In this document: piece by piece, positions 40,285 through 49,490 of the stretch | Numbering within the stretch: the first letter of the stretch is position 1 | How the letters are laid out: the number at the start of each line of letters is the position of its first letter | Source of the DNA: Candidatus Eiseniibacteriota bacterium | GTDB lineage: Bacteria > Eisenbacteria > RBG-16-71-46 | Length of the DNA: 64,000 bases | Direction of reading: 5' to 3' | Assembly (NCBI GenBank): GCA_963776245.1 | Contig: CAVZLN010000003.1 | Location: forward strand, 448,001-512,000 | The notes under the pieces: model-generated | Told to the model about the DNA's origin: nothing | Database searches by the model: none | The model's input: the letters and a program-made list of their open reading frames with translations, nothing else | Translations under genes and position numbers: made by a program

Positions 40285-41648
40285 CTCGCGCCCCCGTGAA
40301 CGTGCGGCGCCGGGACCGCGGCGCCCGCGCCGCCGGCCTGCGCGCCGAAGCCCTCGAGGGCGGCCTTGAGACGGCTCTCGGAGTCGATCAGGAACGACGC
40401 GCTCGCCACCACGGTGTCGCCGGCGGCCAGTCCGCGGGTGATCTCGGCCCAGTCGTCGTCGCCGGTCCCGAGCCCCACCTGGCGGGGCTCGAAGTGGCCA
40501 CCCGCGTGCGCGACGAACACGTAGTCGTGCGTGCCGCTGTGCACCACGGCCTCGTCCGGCACCGCCAGCACCACGCGCGCCCGGGCGCCGACGCGGACGT
40601 CACCGTACATGCCCGGCCGCAGTGCTCCGTCGCGGTTCTCCAGTGCCAGCCGCGCCTTCACCGTGCGCGATTCGCCCGAGACCGTCGGATACACGAACTC
40701 CACCCGCGACTCGAACACGCGCCCGCGCGCGCCGTCGGTGGTGAAGGTGGCGGGGTCCCCGACGCGCACGCGCGACAGGTCCATCTCGTAGAGGTCGGCG
40801 AGCACCCACACCCGCGACAGATCGGCGACCGTGAGGAGCGGGGTGTCCGCGCCGACGTACTGGCCCTCGACCACGCCGCGCTCGAGCACCGTGCCCGAGA
40901 ATGGCGCGGTCAGGGTGAGCCGGGTCGAGGCGCGGCTTTCGCGCTCGAGGCGTTCGAGCTCGTCGTCGGGCACTCCCAGCAGCGACAGGCGCTGGTGGCC
41001 GGCTGCCGGGCCGCTCAGCGCGTGATCCATGCCGGGCATGGCGGCGCGCGCCGAGCGCTCGATCAGGTACTCGCTCTCGCTCTGGAACAGCTCGGGACTG
41101 TAGATCTGGAGCAGCGGCTGCCCGGCGCGCACGGTCGATCCGGTGCGGCTCACCTGCAGCGACTGGACCCAGCCCGAGACGCGCAGTTGCACGCGGCTGA
41201 GGCGGGACTCGTCGGGAGTGACGAAGCCCACCAGGCTCACCTGGGCGTCGAGCGCGCGACGCGCGGCGATCGCGGTGCGCACGCCGATGAGCTGGGTGCG
41301 TTCGGGCGCCAGGGTCACGCCCACCAGACCGGGCACATCGCCGTTCGAATGCCCCGCGTGGGCGTCGGCGCTCACCCGTTCCAGGTCCATCCCGCAGATC
41401 GGGCACTGCCCGGGCCGGTCGGAGGTGTAGGCCGGATGCATCGGACAGTGGTAGAGCGCGGCCTTCGTGGCGGTGCTGGTGCGGCCTTCGCCGAGGCGCC
41501 ACGCCACGTACGACGCCACGCTGACGGCGGCGAGCAGCAGCAGTCCGGCGAACAGCACCCAGCGCACGATGTTCATGAGCCCGGCGCCGGGGGGCGTCGG
41601 ATGCACTGCGGCCGGCGGGGTCGGGGTGTCACGAGGATCGGGATTCAT
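40281..41648 (-). CDS. cusB: CusB-type RND periplasmic adaptor with heavy-metal-binding domain
   Basis: YHCPMHP...CPICGMDL, YSPEL, LRPGMY, FLIDSES. Confidence 0.9.
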   Translation of the reverse strand: MNPDPRDTPTPPAAVHPTPPGAGLMNIVRWVLFAGLLLLAAVSVASYVAWRLGEGRTSTATKAALYHCPMHPAYTSDRPGQCPICGMDLERVSADAHAGHSNGDVPGLVGVTLAPERTQLIGVRTAIAARRALDAQVSLVGFVTPDESRLSRVQLRVSGWVQSLQVSRTGSTVRAGQPLLQIYSPELFQSESEYLIERSARAAMPGMDHALSGPAAGHQRLSLLGVPDDELERLERESRASTRLTLTAPFSGTVLERGVVEGQYVGADTPLLTVADLSRVWVLADLYEMDLSRVRVGDPATFTTDGARGRVFESRVEFVYPTVSGESRTVKARLALENRDGALRPGMYGDVRVGARARVVLAVPDEAVVHSGTHDYVFVAHAGGHFEPRQVGLGTGDDDWAEITRGLAAGDTVVASASFLIDSESRLKAALEGFGAQAGGAGAAVPAPHVHGGAR

Positions 41649-42952
41649 CGCGTGCTCCGCGGTGCGTCGAGGGAGAGATCGAGTCCGACGAGGTCGGGGC
41701 GGCCGGTGAGCGCCACCAGCCGCGCGCCGGCGCGCGCGAGGTCCTGATGCGCGCGCGTCAGCGCCTGCTCTTCGGCGTACAGGGCGTGCGCGCTCTCGAG
41801 CACCCGCCACAGGTCGAGACGCCCGGCGGCGTAGGCGCTCCACGCTGCTTCATGCGCGAGGCGAAGCGCGGTCACCACGGTGTCCGCGAGCAGATCGTGG
41901 ATGCGCACGGCCGCCAGCGCCTCGGCGTGCGCCGCGATCACCTGCTGGGCCAGGTCCAGCACCCCGGCGGCGCGCTCGGCACCCGCCGCCGCCGCCATGG
42001 CATCCATCTCGCGGCCCTCGGCGAGTTCGCGCGAACGCGCGAACACCGGCAGCATGAGGCCGGCCGAGGCGCTCCACATGCCGTCCTGCGGCGTCATGCC
42101 CAGCAGCGGCTCGCGGAAACCCCACGAGCCCTTCAGTTCGAGCTCGGGCCAGAGCATGCGTCGGGCCGCGCGCGCGCCGAGCTGCCAGCGGGCCGCGTCG
42201 GCCTCCAGCGCCCGCAGCCGCGGATGCCCCTCGGACACCGCGTCCAGCAGTTCGTCCGGACGTTGGGGCACGCGCGGGGCGGGCGGCTCGTCGAGCGTGT
42301 CCGCGGCCGCGCCCGGCACGACCCCGCGCAGCGCGTCCAGCCGGGCGCGCGCGCCGCGCGCCGCGGCGTTGTAGGTGGCCTCCTCGACCAGCACACGCGC
42401 CCGCTCGGCCTCGGCCTGGAGCACCTCGTCGAGGCGCCCGGCACCGGAGAGGTAGCGCGCGCGCGCGGCCTCCGCCATGCGCTCCATCTCGCCCCGGTGC
42501 GCCACCGCCCACGCGACCAGATGGGCGGCGGCATAGGCATCGGCGTAGGCCTCCCAGGCCGCCCCGATCACCTCGTTGCGGGTGACGTCCACCTGCGCCG
42601 CCTCGGCACGTGCGCCCTCACGGGCGGCGCGACGCTGGAGACCGTTGGCGCCGGACAGCGGCACCTTCTGGGCGAAGCCCACCATCTTCATGGTCATCGG
42701 GTCCATGTCGAAGCGGCCGGTCGCGGGCACGTTCACCACCCCCGCTTCGAGCATGGGGTTCGACCACGCTCCGGCCATCGAGACCCGTTGGCGGGCGGCC
42801 TCGGCCATCTCGCGCCGGGCGGCGAGGGTGGGATTCGCGGCCAGCACCTCGCCCAGCGCGGTGCGCAGGTCGAGGGCGCGCGCGCCACCGGCGTTCGTGA
42901 CGGCGAGCAGCGCCACCATCAGGCCGGCGCGCAGCGCGCGGATGCGGATCAT
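41645..42952 (-). CDS. TolC-family outer membrane efflux protein
   Basis: Signal peptide, ANPTL, NPML, Met-rich MDPMTMKM; overlaps the adaptor start. Confidence 0.85.
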   Translation of the reverse strand: MIRIRALRAGLMVALLAVTNAGGARALDLRTALGEVLAANPTLAARREMAEAARQRVSMAGAWSNPMLEAGVVNVPATGRFDMDPMTMKMVGFAQKVPLSGANGLQRRAAREGARAEAAQVDVTRNEVIGAAWEAYADAYAAAHLVAWAVAHRGEMERMAEAARARYLSGAGRLDEVLQAEAERARVLVEEATYNAAARGARARLDALRGVVPGAAADTLDEPPAPRVPQRPDELLDAVSEGHPRLRALEADAARWQLGARAARRMLWPELELKGSWGFREPLLGMTPQDGMWSASAGLMLPVFARSRELAEGREMDAMAAAAGAERAAGVLDLAQQVIAAHAEALAAVRIHDLLADTVVTALRLAHEAAWSAYAAGRLDLWRVLESAHALYAEEQALTRAHQDLARAGARLVALTGRPDLVGLDLSLDAPRSTR

Positions 42953-43098
42953 GCGGTACTCCTTGGTCGGATGACGTCGCGCGCGACGCGCGGACGGGTC
43001 CCACTGCCGGGATGCGCGCGTGCGCGCGCCGTCCCGCCACGGCAGGGCCGTGGATGAGCGCGGGGGCAGACGACTCCCCGGCGCTGGGAATCCAACCG

Positions 43099-43551
43099 CT
43101 AGGCGAGTGGGGGAGCGCGCGAGCCGTGGAGGGCTCGCGGGACCGATCCGGGAGGATCGTGCGCGCCGGGCGCGACGACGGACGCCGGCGCGACGACGGG
43201 GGCGCTCATGGTCGTGGCCGCCACCGCCACGAACGCATGGAGGGCGACCGCGTCGGGGCCGGCGGCGCCGGGCGCCGTGACCGGCACCAGGGCCACGCAG
43301 CACGGCGACACCGCGGTGGTCGCGGGCCGCGTCCCGCGCGCGGGATCGGACTTGCCACCCGGCAGGGCCATGCCGGCGCAGTGCGCGGAGGTGCCCGCCG
43401 GACCCGCCGACAGGCACGACATCGGCACCCGGGCGCCCCACTTCGCAGCCACGCCCGAGATCAGGCAGAAGTCGGTGCCGACGACGAACAGCGCGAGCGC
43501 GAGAGTCGCGCCGAGAACGCGCAGCGGGCGGGGTGTGCGGGACAGGTCCAT
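43099..43551 (-). CDS. Putative leader/arrest protein with signal segment, Cys residues and C-terminal RAPP (DUF2946/CutF/CruR-like)
   Basis: Hydrophobic N-terminus, FC, MSC, HCAGM, PCC, Pro/Ala-rich tail ending SRAPPLA; upstream of the copper efflux genes. Confidence 0.7.
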   Translation of the reverse strand: MDLSRTPRPLRVLGATLALALFVVGTDFCLISGVAAKWGARVPMSCLSAGPAGTSAHCAGMALPGGKSDPARGTRPATTAVSPCCVALVPVTAPGAAGPDAVALHAFVAVAATTMSAPVVAPASVVAPGAHDPPGSVPRALHGSRAPPLA

Positions 43552-43785
43552 GCTGACGACGAGTATCGGCCCGCCACGCGGGCGGGGGTGTCTCCGTTCT
43601 GCAAAGAGTGGCGGGCCGGCGGATCCCCCGGCGCGGTCGCCGCGCGTCCGGGGGCGTGCCCGGCGACGCCGTCGGTGCGTCGAGCACGAAGTGCGATAGA
43701 GACTTGTGGGGACTCGGGCCCGCTCGCTATGATGCCCGCCGCCGTACGGGCCCCCCTGCCTGTGACCCCGAGCTCGAGAGGTGAC

Positions 43786-44247
43786 ATGGATTCGCCCTCG
43801 CCGCCGCCGGTGACGCCGGATGCTCCGGAACGGCGCCAGTTCCTGAACTGGCTCAGCAAGGCCTTCCTCGGGCTGTGGGCGCTCGGCGCCGCCGGCGTGG
43901 TGGGCACCTACCTCAAGTCCCCCGAGCGCGAGAAGCGCATCGCCGAACACACCGTGCGCGTCGGGCTGCTCGAGGACCTGCGGGTCGGCGAGGCCCGCCT
44001 GGTGCGACAGGGCACCGCGCCGTTCTTCGTCATCCGCACCGGGACCACGCAGGTCATCGCGCTCTCGGCGGTGTGCACCCACGTGCGCTGCATCCTCGGC
44101 TTCGATCGCGAGCGCCGCGTGCTCCAGTGCCCCTGCCACGACGGGCGCTTCGACCTCTCGGGCAACGTGCTGGGCGGCCCGCCCTCGCGGCCGCTGCGCT
44201 CCTACGAGGTCGCGGTGCGCGCCGGCGAGGTCTACGTCCAGCTATGA
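43786..44247 (+). CDS. Rieske 2Fe-2S protein, module A
   Basis: ERRQFL Tat anchor, CTHVRC, CPCHDGRF, GGPPSRPL. Confidence 0.92.
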   Translation: MDSPSPPPVTPDAPERRQFLNWLSKAFLGLWALGAAGVVGTYLKSPEREKRIAEHTVRVGLLEDLRVGEARLVRQGTAPFFVIRTGTTQVIALSAVCTHVRCILGFDRERRVLQCPCHDGRFDLSGNVLGGPPSRPLRSYEVAVRAGEVYVQL

Positions 44248-45377
44248 GCGCCACTCCCGGCACACCCCGGCGCGGCCGGCGCGATCCGATCGGCTGGCTC
44301 GAGGCCCGTCTCAACCTCACCGAGTTGTTCTCGTTCGTCTCCCACTTCGGGCTGGTGTACACCCCGGTGGACACCTCGCGCCCGATCCGCGACGCGCTCG
44401 ACCAGGTCGCCGGCGAGCGGGTGGAGTCGTTCGTCCACGGCCCGCGCGTGCTCGGCCTGCTCGCGGCCATCGTGTTCATGCTCGAGGTCATGAGCGGGAC
44501 GCTGCTGGCGTTCTACTACCAGCCCACCCCCGGCACCGCGTTCGAGAGCACGCGCAGCATCGTGCGCGACATCCCGTTCGGATGGTTCATCCACCAGATG
44601 CACACCTGGGGAGCGTGGCTGCTCGGCGGCCTGGTGGTCCTGCGCCTGCTGCGGCTGTTCTGGGACGGGCTGTACCGCGCGCCGCGCGAGGTGCTGTGGT
44701 TCTGTGCCGTCGGCATGGTGTGGCTGGTGCTGCAGATGGACTTCACCGGGCGGCTCATGACGTGGAACTCCCATTCCTACTGGTCGGTGGTGCGCGGCAT
44801 GGAGGTCATCTACGCGCTCCCGGTGGTGGGCCCGGCGCTCGCCTTCCTGCTCGGCGGGCAGGTGGTCAGCGAGAGCACGCTGATCCGGTTCTACGTGCTG
44901 CACGTGATGGTGCTGCCGCTGTGGTTCGCGCTCGGCATCTTCCTGACCTTCGCGACCCTGCGTCGCGTGGGGCTGAGCCCGGCCAGCGACACCCCGGGAC
45001 GCTCCGACACCACCTACCGCAATCACATGTACTCGATCGCGCTGCTGCTGCTCGGCATGTTCGGGGTGCTGGTCTCGCTCACCATCCTGGTGCCGTTCCG
45101 CTTCTCCGCGGCCGCCGACCCGTACACCACTCCGGCCGGCGTGAGACCGCCATGGTACATCCTCGCGCCCTACGCGCTGGTCCAGGGCCTGCCCCTGCCG
45201 GTCTGGGTCACCGGCGCCGGCCTGGTCATCGCGGCCTTCGCGGTGCTGCTCCTGCCGCTGATCGCCAAACGGGTCGCGTTCGCCGCGAGCGACGCGCGCC
45301 TCCGGCTGGCGGGGCTCGGCCTGCTGGCGCTGTGGACCGCCCTGTCGGTGTGGGGCGCCTTCATGGAGCGGCGATGA
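44244..45377 (+). CDS. Divergent cytochrome b of bc type, module A (heme bH ligands absent)
   Basis: SGTLLAFYYQP, GWFIHQMH, YRAPRE, RFYVLHV, PPWY. Confidence 0.88.
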   Translation: MSATPGTPRRGRRDPIGWLEARLNLTELFSFVSHFGLVYTPVDTSRPIRDALDQVAGERVESFVHGPRVLGLLAAIVFMLEVMSGTLLAFYYQPTPGTAFESTRSIVRDIPFGWFIHQMHTWGAWLLGGLVVLRLLRLFWDGLYRAPREVLWFCAVGMVWLVLQMDFTGRLMTWNSHSYWSVVRGMEVIYALPVVGPALAFLLGGQVVSESTLIRFYVLHVMVLPLWFALGIFLTFATLRRVGLSPASDTPGRSDTTYRNHMYSIALLLLGMFGVLVSLTILVPFRFSAAADPYTTPAGVRPPWYILAPYALVQGLPLPVWVTGAGLVIAAFAVLLLPLIAKRVAFAASDARLRLAGLGLLALWTALSVWGAFMERR

Positions 45378-46606
45378 GGCGGGCCCGCGTGGTCCGCGCC
45401 CTGCTGGTCGCCGCGCTCGCCGCGGTGCTCGCCGCGTCACCCGCCGCGCTCGCCGCGGCGCCGGCGAACGGCGAACCGGGTGGCCGCTGCGTGGCCTGTC
45501 ACCCGGCGGAGAAGGTGCAGCTCCTGAGGAGCCTCCACGTGAGCGAGGGCGTGACGTGCGTGTCCTGCCACGGGGGCAACGACGCGGCGGTGGATCAGGC
45601 CGCGGCCCACGGAAGCGGCTTCCGCGGCCGGATCCCGAAGCGCGACGTCCCCGCGCTGTGCGCTTCGTGCCATGCGAGCGAAGAACGCATGCGGGCCTAC
45701 AACCTGCCCGTGGACCAGTACGCGCTCTATCAGACCTCGGGGCACGGCCGCCTGCTCGCCCGGGGCGACCTGCGCGTCGCGGTGTGCTCGGACTGCCATG
45801 GGGCCCACGACATCCTGCCCCCGGAGGATCCCGCGAGCCGGGTGTACACGCTCAACATCCCCCGCACCTGCGGGACCTGCCACGGCGACACCAAGCTCAT
45901 GGGCGAGGGCGTGGACAAGGGCGGCGTGTACGCCGCGTACCAGTCGAGCGTCCACGCGCGGGCACTCTTCGAGCACGGCAACCTGCGCGCCCCGACCTGC
46001 GTGTCGTGCCATGGCGTGCACGGCGCCGCGCCGCCGGAGGTCGGGGACATCGCGAAGGTGTGCGGCCATTGCCACACCGCCGAGCGCCGCTACTTCGCGG
46101 CCGGCCCGCACCAGAGCAACCTCGCGCAGCGCGGCCTGCCGGAGTGCGTCTCGTGCCACGGCAACCACGCCGTGGCCGCGTCCGACCCGGCGCGCCTCGG
46201 CACGCAGTGCACCCTGTGCCACGGGAAGGACTCCAAACAGCAGGCCGCCGGCAAGGCGATGCTCGACCAGTACCTCGCCGCGCGGAAGGATGTCGACGCG
46301 GCGACCGAGATCATCGCCCGGGCCGACGCGGTGCCGCTCCCGACCGAGGACTACAAGGCGCGGCTCGAGGAGGCCCGCACGTTCTTGAGCGAAGCCATGC
46401 CGGCCGCGCACTCGGTGCACCCGGAGACCATGCTGCCGTTCGCGGCGCGGGCGCGCTCGGTCGGACAGGAGATCCGCACCGAGATCGGCCACAAGCTCGG
46501 CGACAGCCGGTGGCGCTACGTGGGCCTGCTGCTGTTCTGGTTCTACCTCGGGCTCACGATCCTGATCCTGCGCCGCTTCCAGAGACGGGCCGCGGGGAGG
46601 CGATAG
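45374..46606 (+). CDS. Multiheme cytochrome c (9 CxxCH), C-terminal membrane anchor, module A
   Basis: Signal peptide, 9 CxxCH, helical domain, C-terminal TM. Confidence 0.9.
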   Translation: MRRARVVRALLVAALAAVLAASPAALAAAPANGEPGGRCVACHPAEKVQLLRSLHVSEGVTCVSCHGGNDAAVDQAAAHGSGFRGRIPKRDVPALCASCHASEERMRAYNLPVDQYALYQTSGHGRLLARGDLRVAVCSDCHGAHDILPPEDPASRVYTLNIPRTCGTCHGDTKLMGEGVDKGGVYAAYQSSVHARALFEHGNLRAPTCVSCHGVHGAAPPEVGDIAKVCGHCHTAERRYFAAGPHQSNLAQRGLPECVSCHGNHAVAASDPARLGTQCTLCHGKDSKQQAAGKAMLDQYLAARKDVDAATEIIARADAVPLPTEDYKARLEEARTFLSEAMPAAHSVHPETMLPFAARARSVGQEIRTEIGHKLGDSRWRYVGLLLFWFYLGLTILILRRFQRRAAGRR

Positions 46607-46607
46607 G

Positions 46608-48437
46608 ATGCCCCGGCTTCCCGTGCCGGGGCCCGACTCGGGCTTCGCGCGACTGATCGAGCAGGTCACCCGCGGGCACCTGACCCCGCGCGGCGTGCGC
46701 GCCGCCACCATCGTCGCGGCGTTCGTCCTGGCGTTCGGCCTGCTGGCGATGCTCGCGTTCGTGCAGGTGTCCTCCACGCCGGCCTTCTGCGGCAGCATCT
46801 GCCACATCATGAAGCCCTACTACGAGTCGTGGAAGCGCTCGAGCCACGGCGGCGTCGCGTGCGTCGAGTGCCACATCTCGCCGGGGGTGACCGCCGAGAT
46901 CCGTAAGAAGTTCGAGGCGATGTCGATGGTGGCGAAGTACATCACCGCCACCTACGGCACCAAGCCGTGGGCCGAGGTGGACGACGCCGCGTGCCTGCGC
47001 TGCCACGAGCGCCGCCTGCTCGAGGGCAAGGTGGACTTCCACGGCGTGATCTTCGACCACGCGCCGCATCTCACCGAGACGCGCCGGGGCATGAAGCTGC
47101 GCTGCACCTCGTGCCACGGCCAGCTGGTGCAGGGCACGCACCTCACCGTCACCTCCACCACCTGCGCCATCTGTCACTTCATGGGCCAGAAGCCCAACCA
47201 GGACCTCGGCCGCTGCACGCATTGCCACGAGATCCCCGAGCGGGTGGTGGGCGTCGGGCGGGCGAACTTCGACCACACCCAGGTGAAGACGCTCGGGATG
47301 GACTGCCGCTCGTGTCACGCGGGCATCGTGCAGGGCAATGGCGAGGTGCCGCGCGAGCGCTGCGTCTCGTGTCACAACCAGCCCGCGCGGCTGGCCGAGT
47401 TCGGCGATCCCGAGCTCCTCCATCGCAAGCACGTGACCGAGCACAAGGTGGACTGCGCCGAGTGCCACATGACGATCGAGCACGGGCAGAAGCCGGCCAC
47501 CACCACTGCGGCCGCGACCACCACCGAGGACGCCGGCACCTGCGGCACCTGCCACGGGTCCGGCCACCATGCCCAGCAACTGCTCTACGAGGGCCGCGGC
47601 GGGCGCGGGGTGCCGGTGATGCCCGGCCCGATGGCGGTCGCCGGAGTGTCGTGCGAGGGCTGCCACAGCGCGGCGCTCTCGGTTCAGAACGCCGCCGCGG
47701 GCACGCTGGGCGTGCACACGCTGCGCTCCAACGAGGTCGCCTGCATGTCGTGCCACGGACCGGCCTACAAGGCGATCTTCCAGGCTTGGAAGGCCGGGGT
47801 CGAGGCGCGGACCGCGGCATTGCGCGCGCAGCTCGACGCGACCGTCGGGTCGATGGGCGTGTCCGCCCCTCAGCCGTTCGAGGATGCGCGGGCCAACTTC
47901 CTCCTGGTCGAGCGAGGGCGGGGCGTGCACAACGTGAACTTCTCCTACGCCCTGCTCGACAAGGCCTGGGAGCAGATGAACGGCGCCCGCCGCGAGAAGG
48001 GGCTGGGGCCCCTGCCGCGGCCCTGGACGGTGATCGCGCCCGGCTCGGCGGCCTGCCTCAACTGTCATGTCGGCATCGAGGCCCAGTCGGGGACCTTCCA
48101 GGGCCGGTCGTTCGGGCATCGGCCGCACCTCGTCGCCGCCCGGCTCGACTGCTCCGTCTGCCATCGCCCGCACGCGGAGCGCGCCCCGGGTGAGGTGGTG
48201 CGCTACGGCGCCGCCGGGTGCGCCCCCTGCCATCACCAGCGGATCGCGGCCCCGAGCGAGACGGCGTGCGCTCCGTGCCATGGCGACGTCCGCCAGCACA
48301 CCGTGCCGAGCTGGCGGGGCGAGTTCTCCCACGCCGCGCATCTCGAGCAGGGACTCGAGTGCTCGACCTGCCACCCGGCCCGCAGCGCGGACCCGCGCCC
48401 TGAGAAGAGCTCCTGCGCGCAGTGCCACGCCGACTGA
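46608..48437 (+). CDS. NapC/NrfH-like membrane-anchored multiheme cytochrome c (17 CxxCH + 1 CxxxCH)
   Basis: N-terminal TM, STPAFCGSICHIMKPYYESW...H...CVECH. Confidence 0.88.
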   Translation: MPRLPVPGPDSGFARLIEQVTRGHLTPRGVRAATIVAAFVLAFGLLAMLAFVQVSSTPAFCGSICHIMKPYYESWKRSSHGGVACVECHISPGVTAEIRKKFEAMSMVAKYITATYGTKPWAEVDDAACLRCHERRLLEGKVDFHGVIFDHAPHLTETRRGMKLRCTSCHGQLVQGTHLTVTSTTCAICHFMGQKPNQDLGRCTHCHEIPERVVGVGRANFDHTQVKTLGMDCRSCHAGIVQGNGEVPRERCVSCHNQPARLAEFGDPELLHRKHVTEHKVDCAECHMTIEHGQKPATTTAAATTTEDAGTCGTCHGSGHHAQQLLYEGRGGRGVPVMPGPMAVAGVSCEGCHSAALSVQNAAAGTLGVHTLRSNEVACMSCHGPAYKAIFQAWKAGVEARTAALRAQLDATVGSMGVSAPQPFEDARANFLLVERGRGVHNVNFSYALLDKAWEQMNGARREKGLGPLPRPWTVIAPGSAACLNCHVGIEAQSGTFQGRSFGHRPHLVAARLDCSVCHRPHAERAPGEVVRYGAAGCAPCHHQRIAAPSETACAPCHGDVRQHTVPSWRGEFSHAAHLEQGLECSTCHPARSADPRPEKSSCAQCHAD

Positions 48438-48761
48438 GCCGCGGCGGCGCCGCGACCGGTTCGAGCGGTGGACCCTCGCGACGTCCGGTGACCTGGTGCG
48501 GCTTGTGATTTTCCTTTCATACGCGCGCTCCAGGCCCTAGTCTGTCTCGGTCGAGGACCCGACGTGTCCGGGTTCGGATTCCACGACCTCGATCTCAGAC
48601 GTATCGCGGGCCTCCGCCCGGGTCCCTGGACCCCCCACCTTCCGCGGAGGCGCCTGTTGGTGCACGGGAGCGCCGGACCCCCCGGGTCGGCGTGATCGCG
48701 CGGTGCCACGCGTCCCTCCACTCTCGAGGAACGCCCGCGGCTCGCGCGGAAGGAGGGTGGG

Positions 48762-49490
48762 GTGAGAGTCCCCGAACAAGTCCAACGCATCGGCGTGGTG
48801 GTGGCCTTCATCCTGGCCGCCGTCGTCGCCGTCCGGTTCGTCATCGTCCCGCGCGCGTATTTCTCGACCGCGATCCACCGCTCGACCACCGTCGATCGCG
48901 AGACGGCCCGAACCGTGAACTTCGCGGGGATGCAGGCGTGCCGGGAATGCCACGACGACATCTACGAGAAGAAGAGCAAGAGCTTCCACCGCGGGCTCGC
49001 CTGCGAAGGCTGCCACGGTCCGTCGCAGAAGCACGCCGAAGACCCGATGTCCGTGAAGCCCTATGCCCCGCGCGACCGCAAGTTCTGCCCGGTGTGCCAC
49101 GCATACGATCCCTCGCGCCCGACCGGCTTCCCCCAGATCAATCCCCAGACCCACAACCCGCTCCAGGCGTGCATCACCTGCCACGATCCCCACGATCCGA
49201 CGCCGCCGGAGACGCCGCGCGAGTGCTCGGCCTGCCACGCGCAGATCGAACGCACCAAGGCGGTCTCCGCGCACGCCCTGCTGAAGTGCTCGACCTGCCA
49301 CACCGCGAGTGAGAAGCACCGCCTGGATCCGCGCAGCGCGCCGCCCACGAAGCCCCAGGACCGCGAGTTCTGCGGCCAGTGTCACGCGACCGGCGCCGCG
49401 GGTGAGGCACCCAAGGTCGACATCGGGACCCACTACGCACCCTACCTGTGCTGGCAATGCCACTACCCGCATCTCCCGGAGGGCCGGTGA
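48762..49490 (+). CDS. Membrane-anchored octaheme cytochrome c
   Basis: N-terminal TM, 8 CxxCH; GGAGG RBS, GTG start. Confidence 0.88.
   Translation: MRVPEQVQRIGVVVAFILAAVVAVRFVIVPRAYFSTAIHRSTTVDRETARTVNFAGMQACRECHDDIYEKKSKSFHRGLACEGCHGPSQKHAEDPMSVKPYAPRDRKFCPVCHAYDPSRPTGFPQINPQTHNPLQACITCHDPHDPTPPETPRECSACHAQIERTKAVSAHALLKCSTCHTASEKHRLDPRSAPPTKPQDREFCGQCHATGAAGEAPKVDIGTHYAPYLCWQCHYPHLPEGR

Noticed and set aside
44244..45377. Pseudogene call for the divergent cytochrome b
   Set aside because: Full-length open frame, coupled start and stop codons, retained bL ligands and TM pattern
48503..48521. TTGTGATTTTCCTTTCATA as a Rex or CRP/FNR site
   Set aside because: Only one half-site matches
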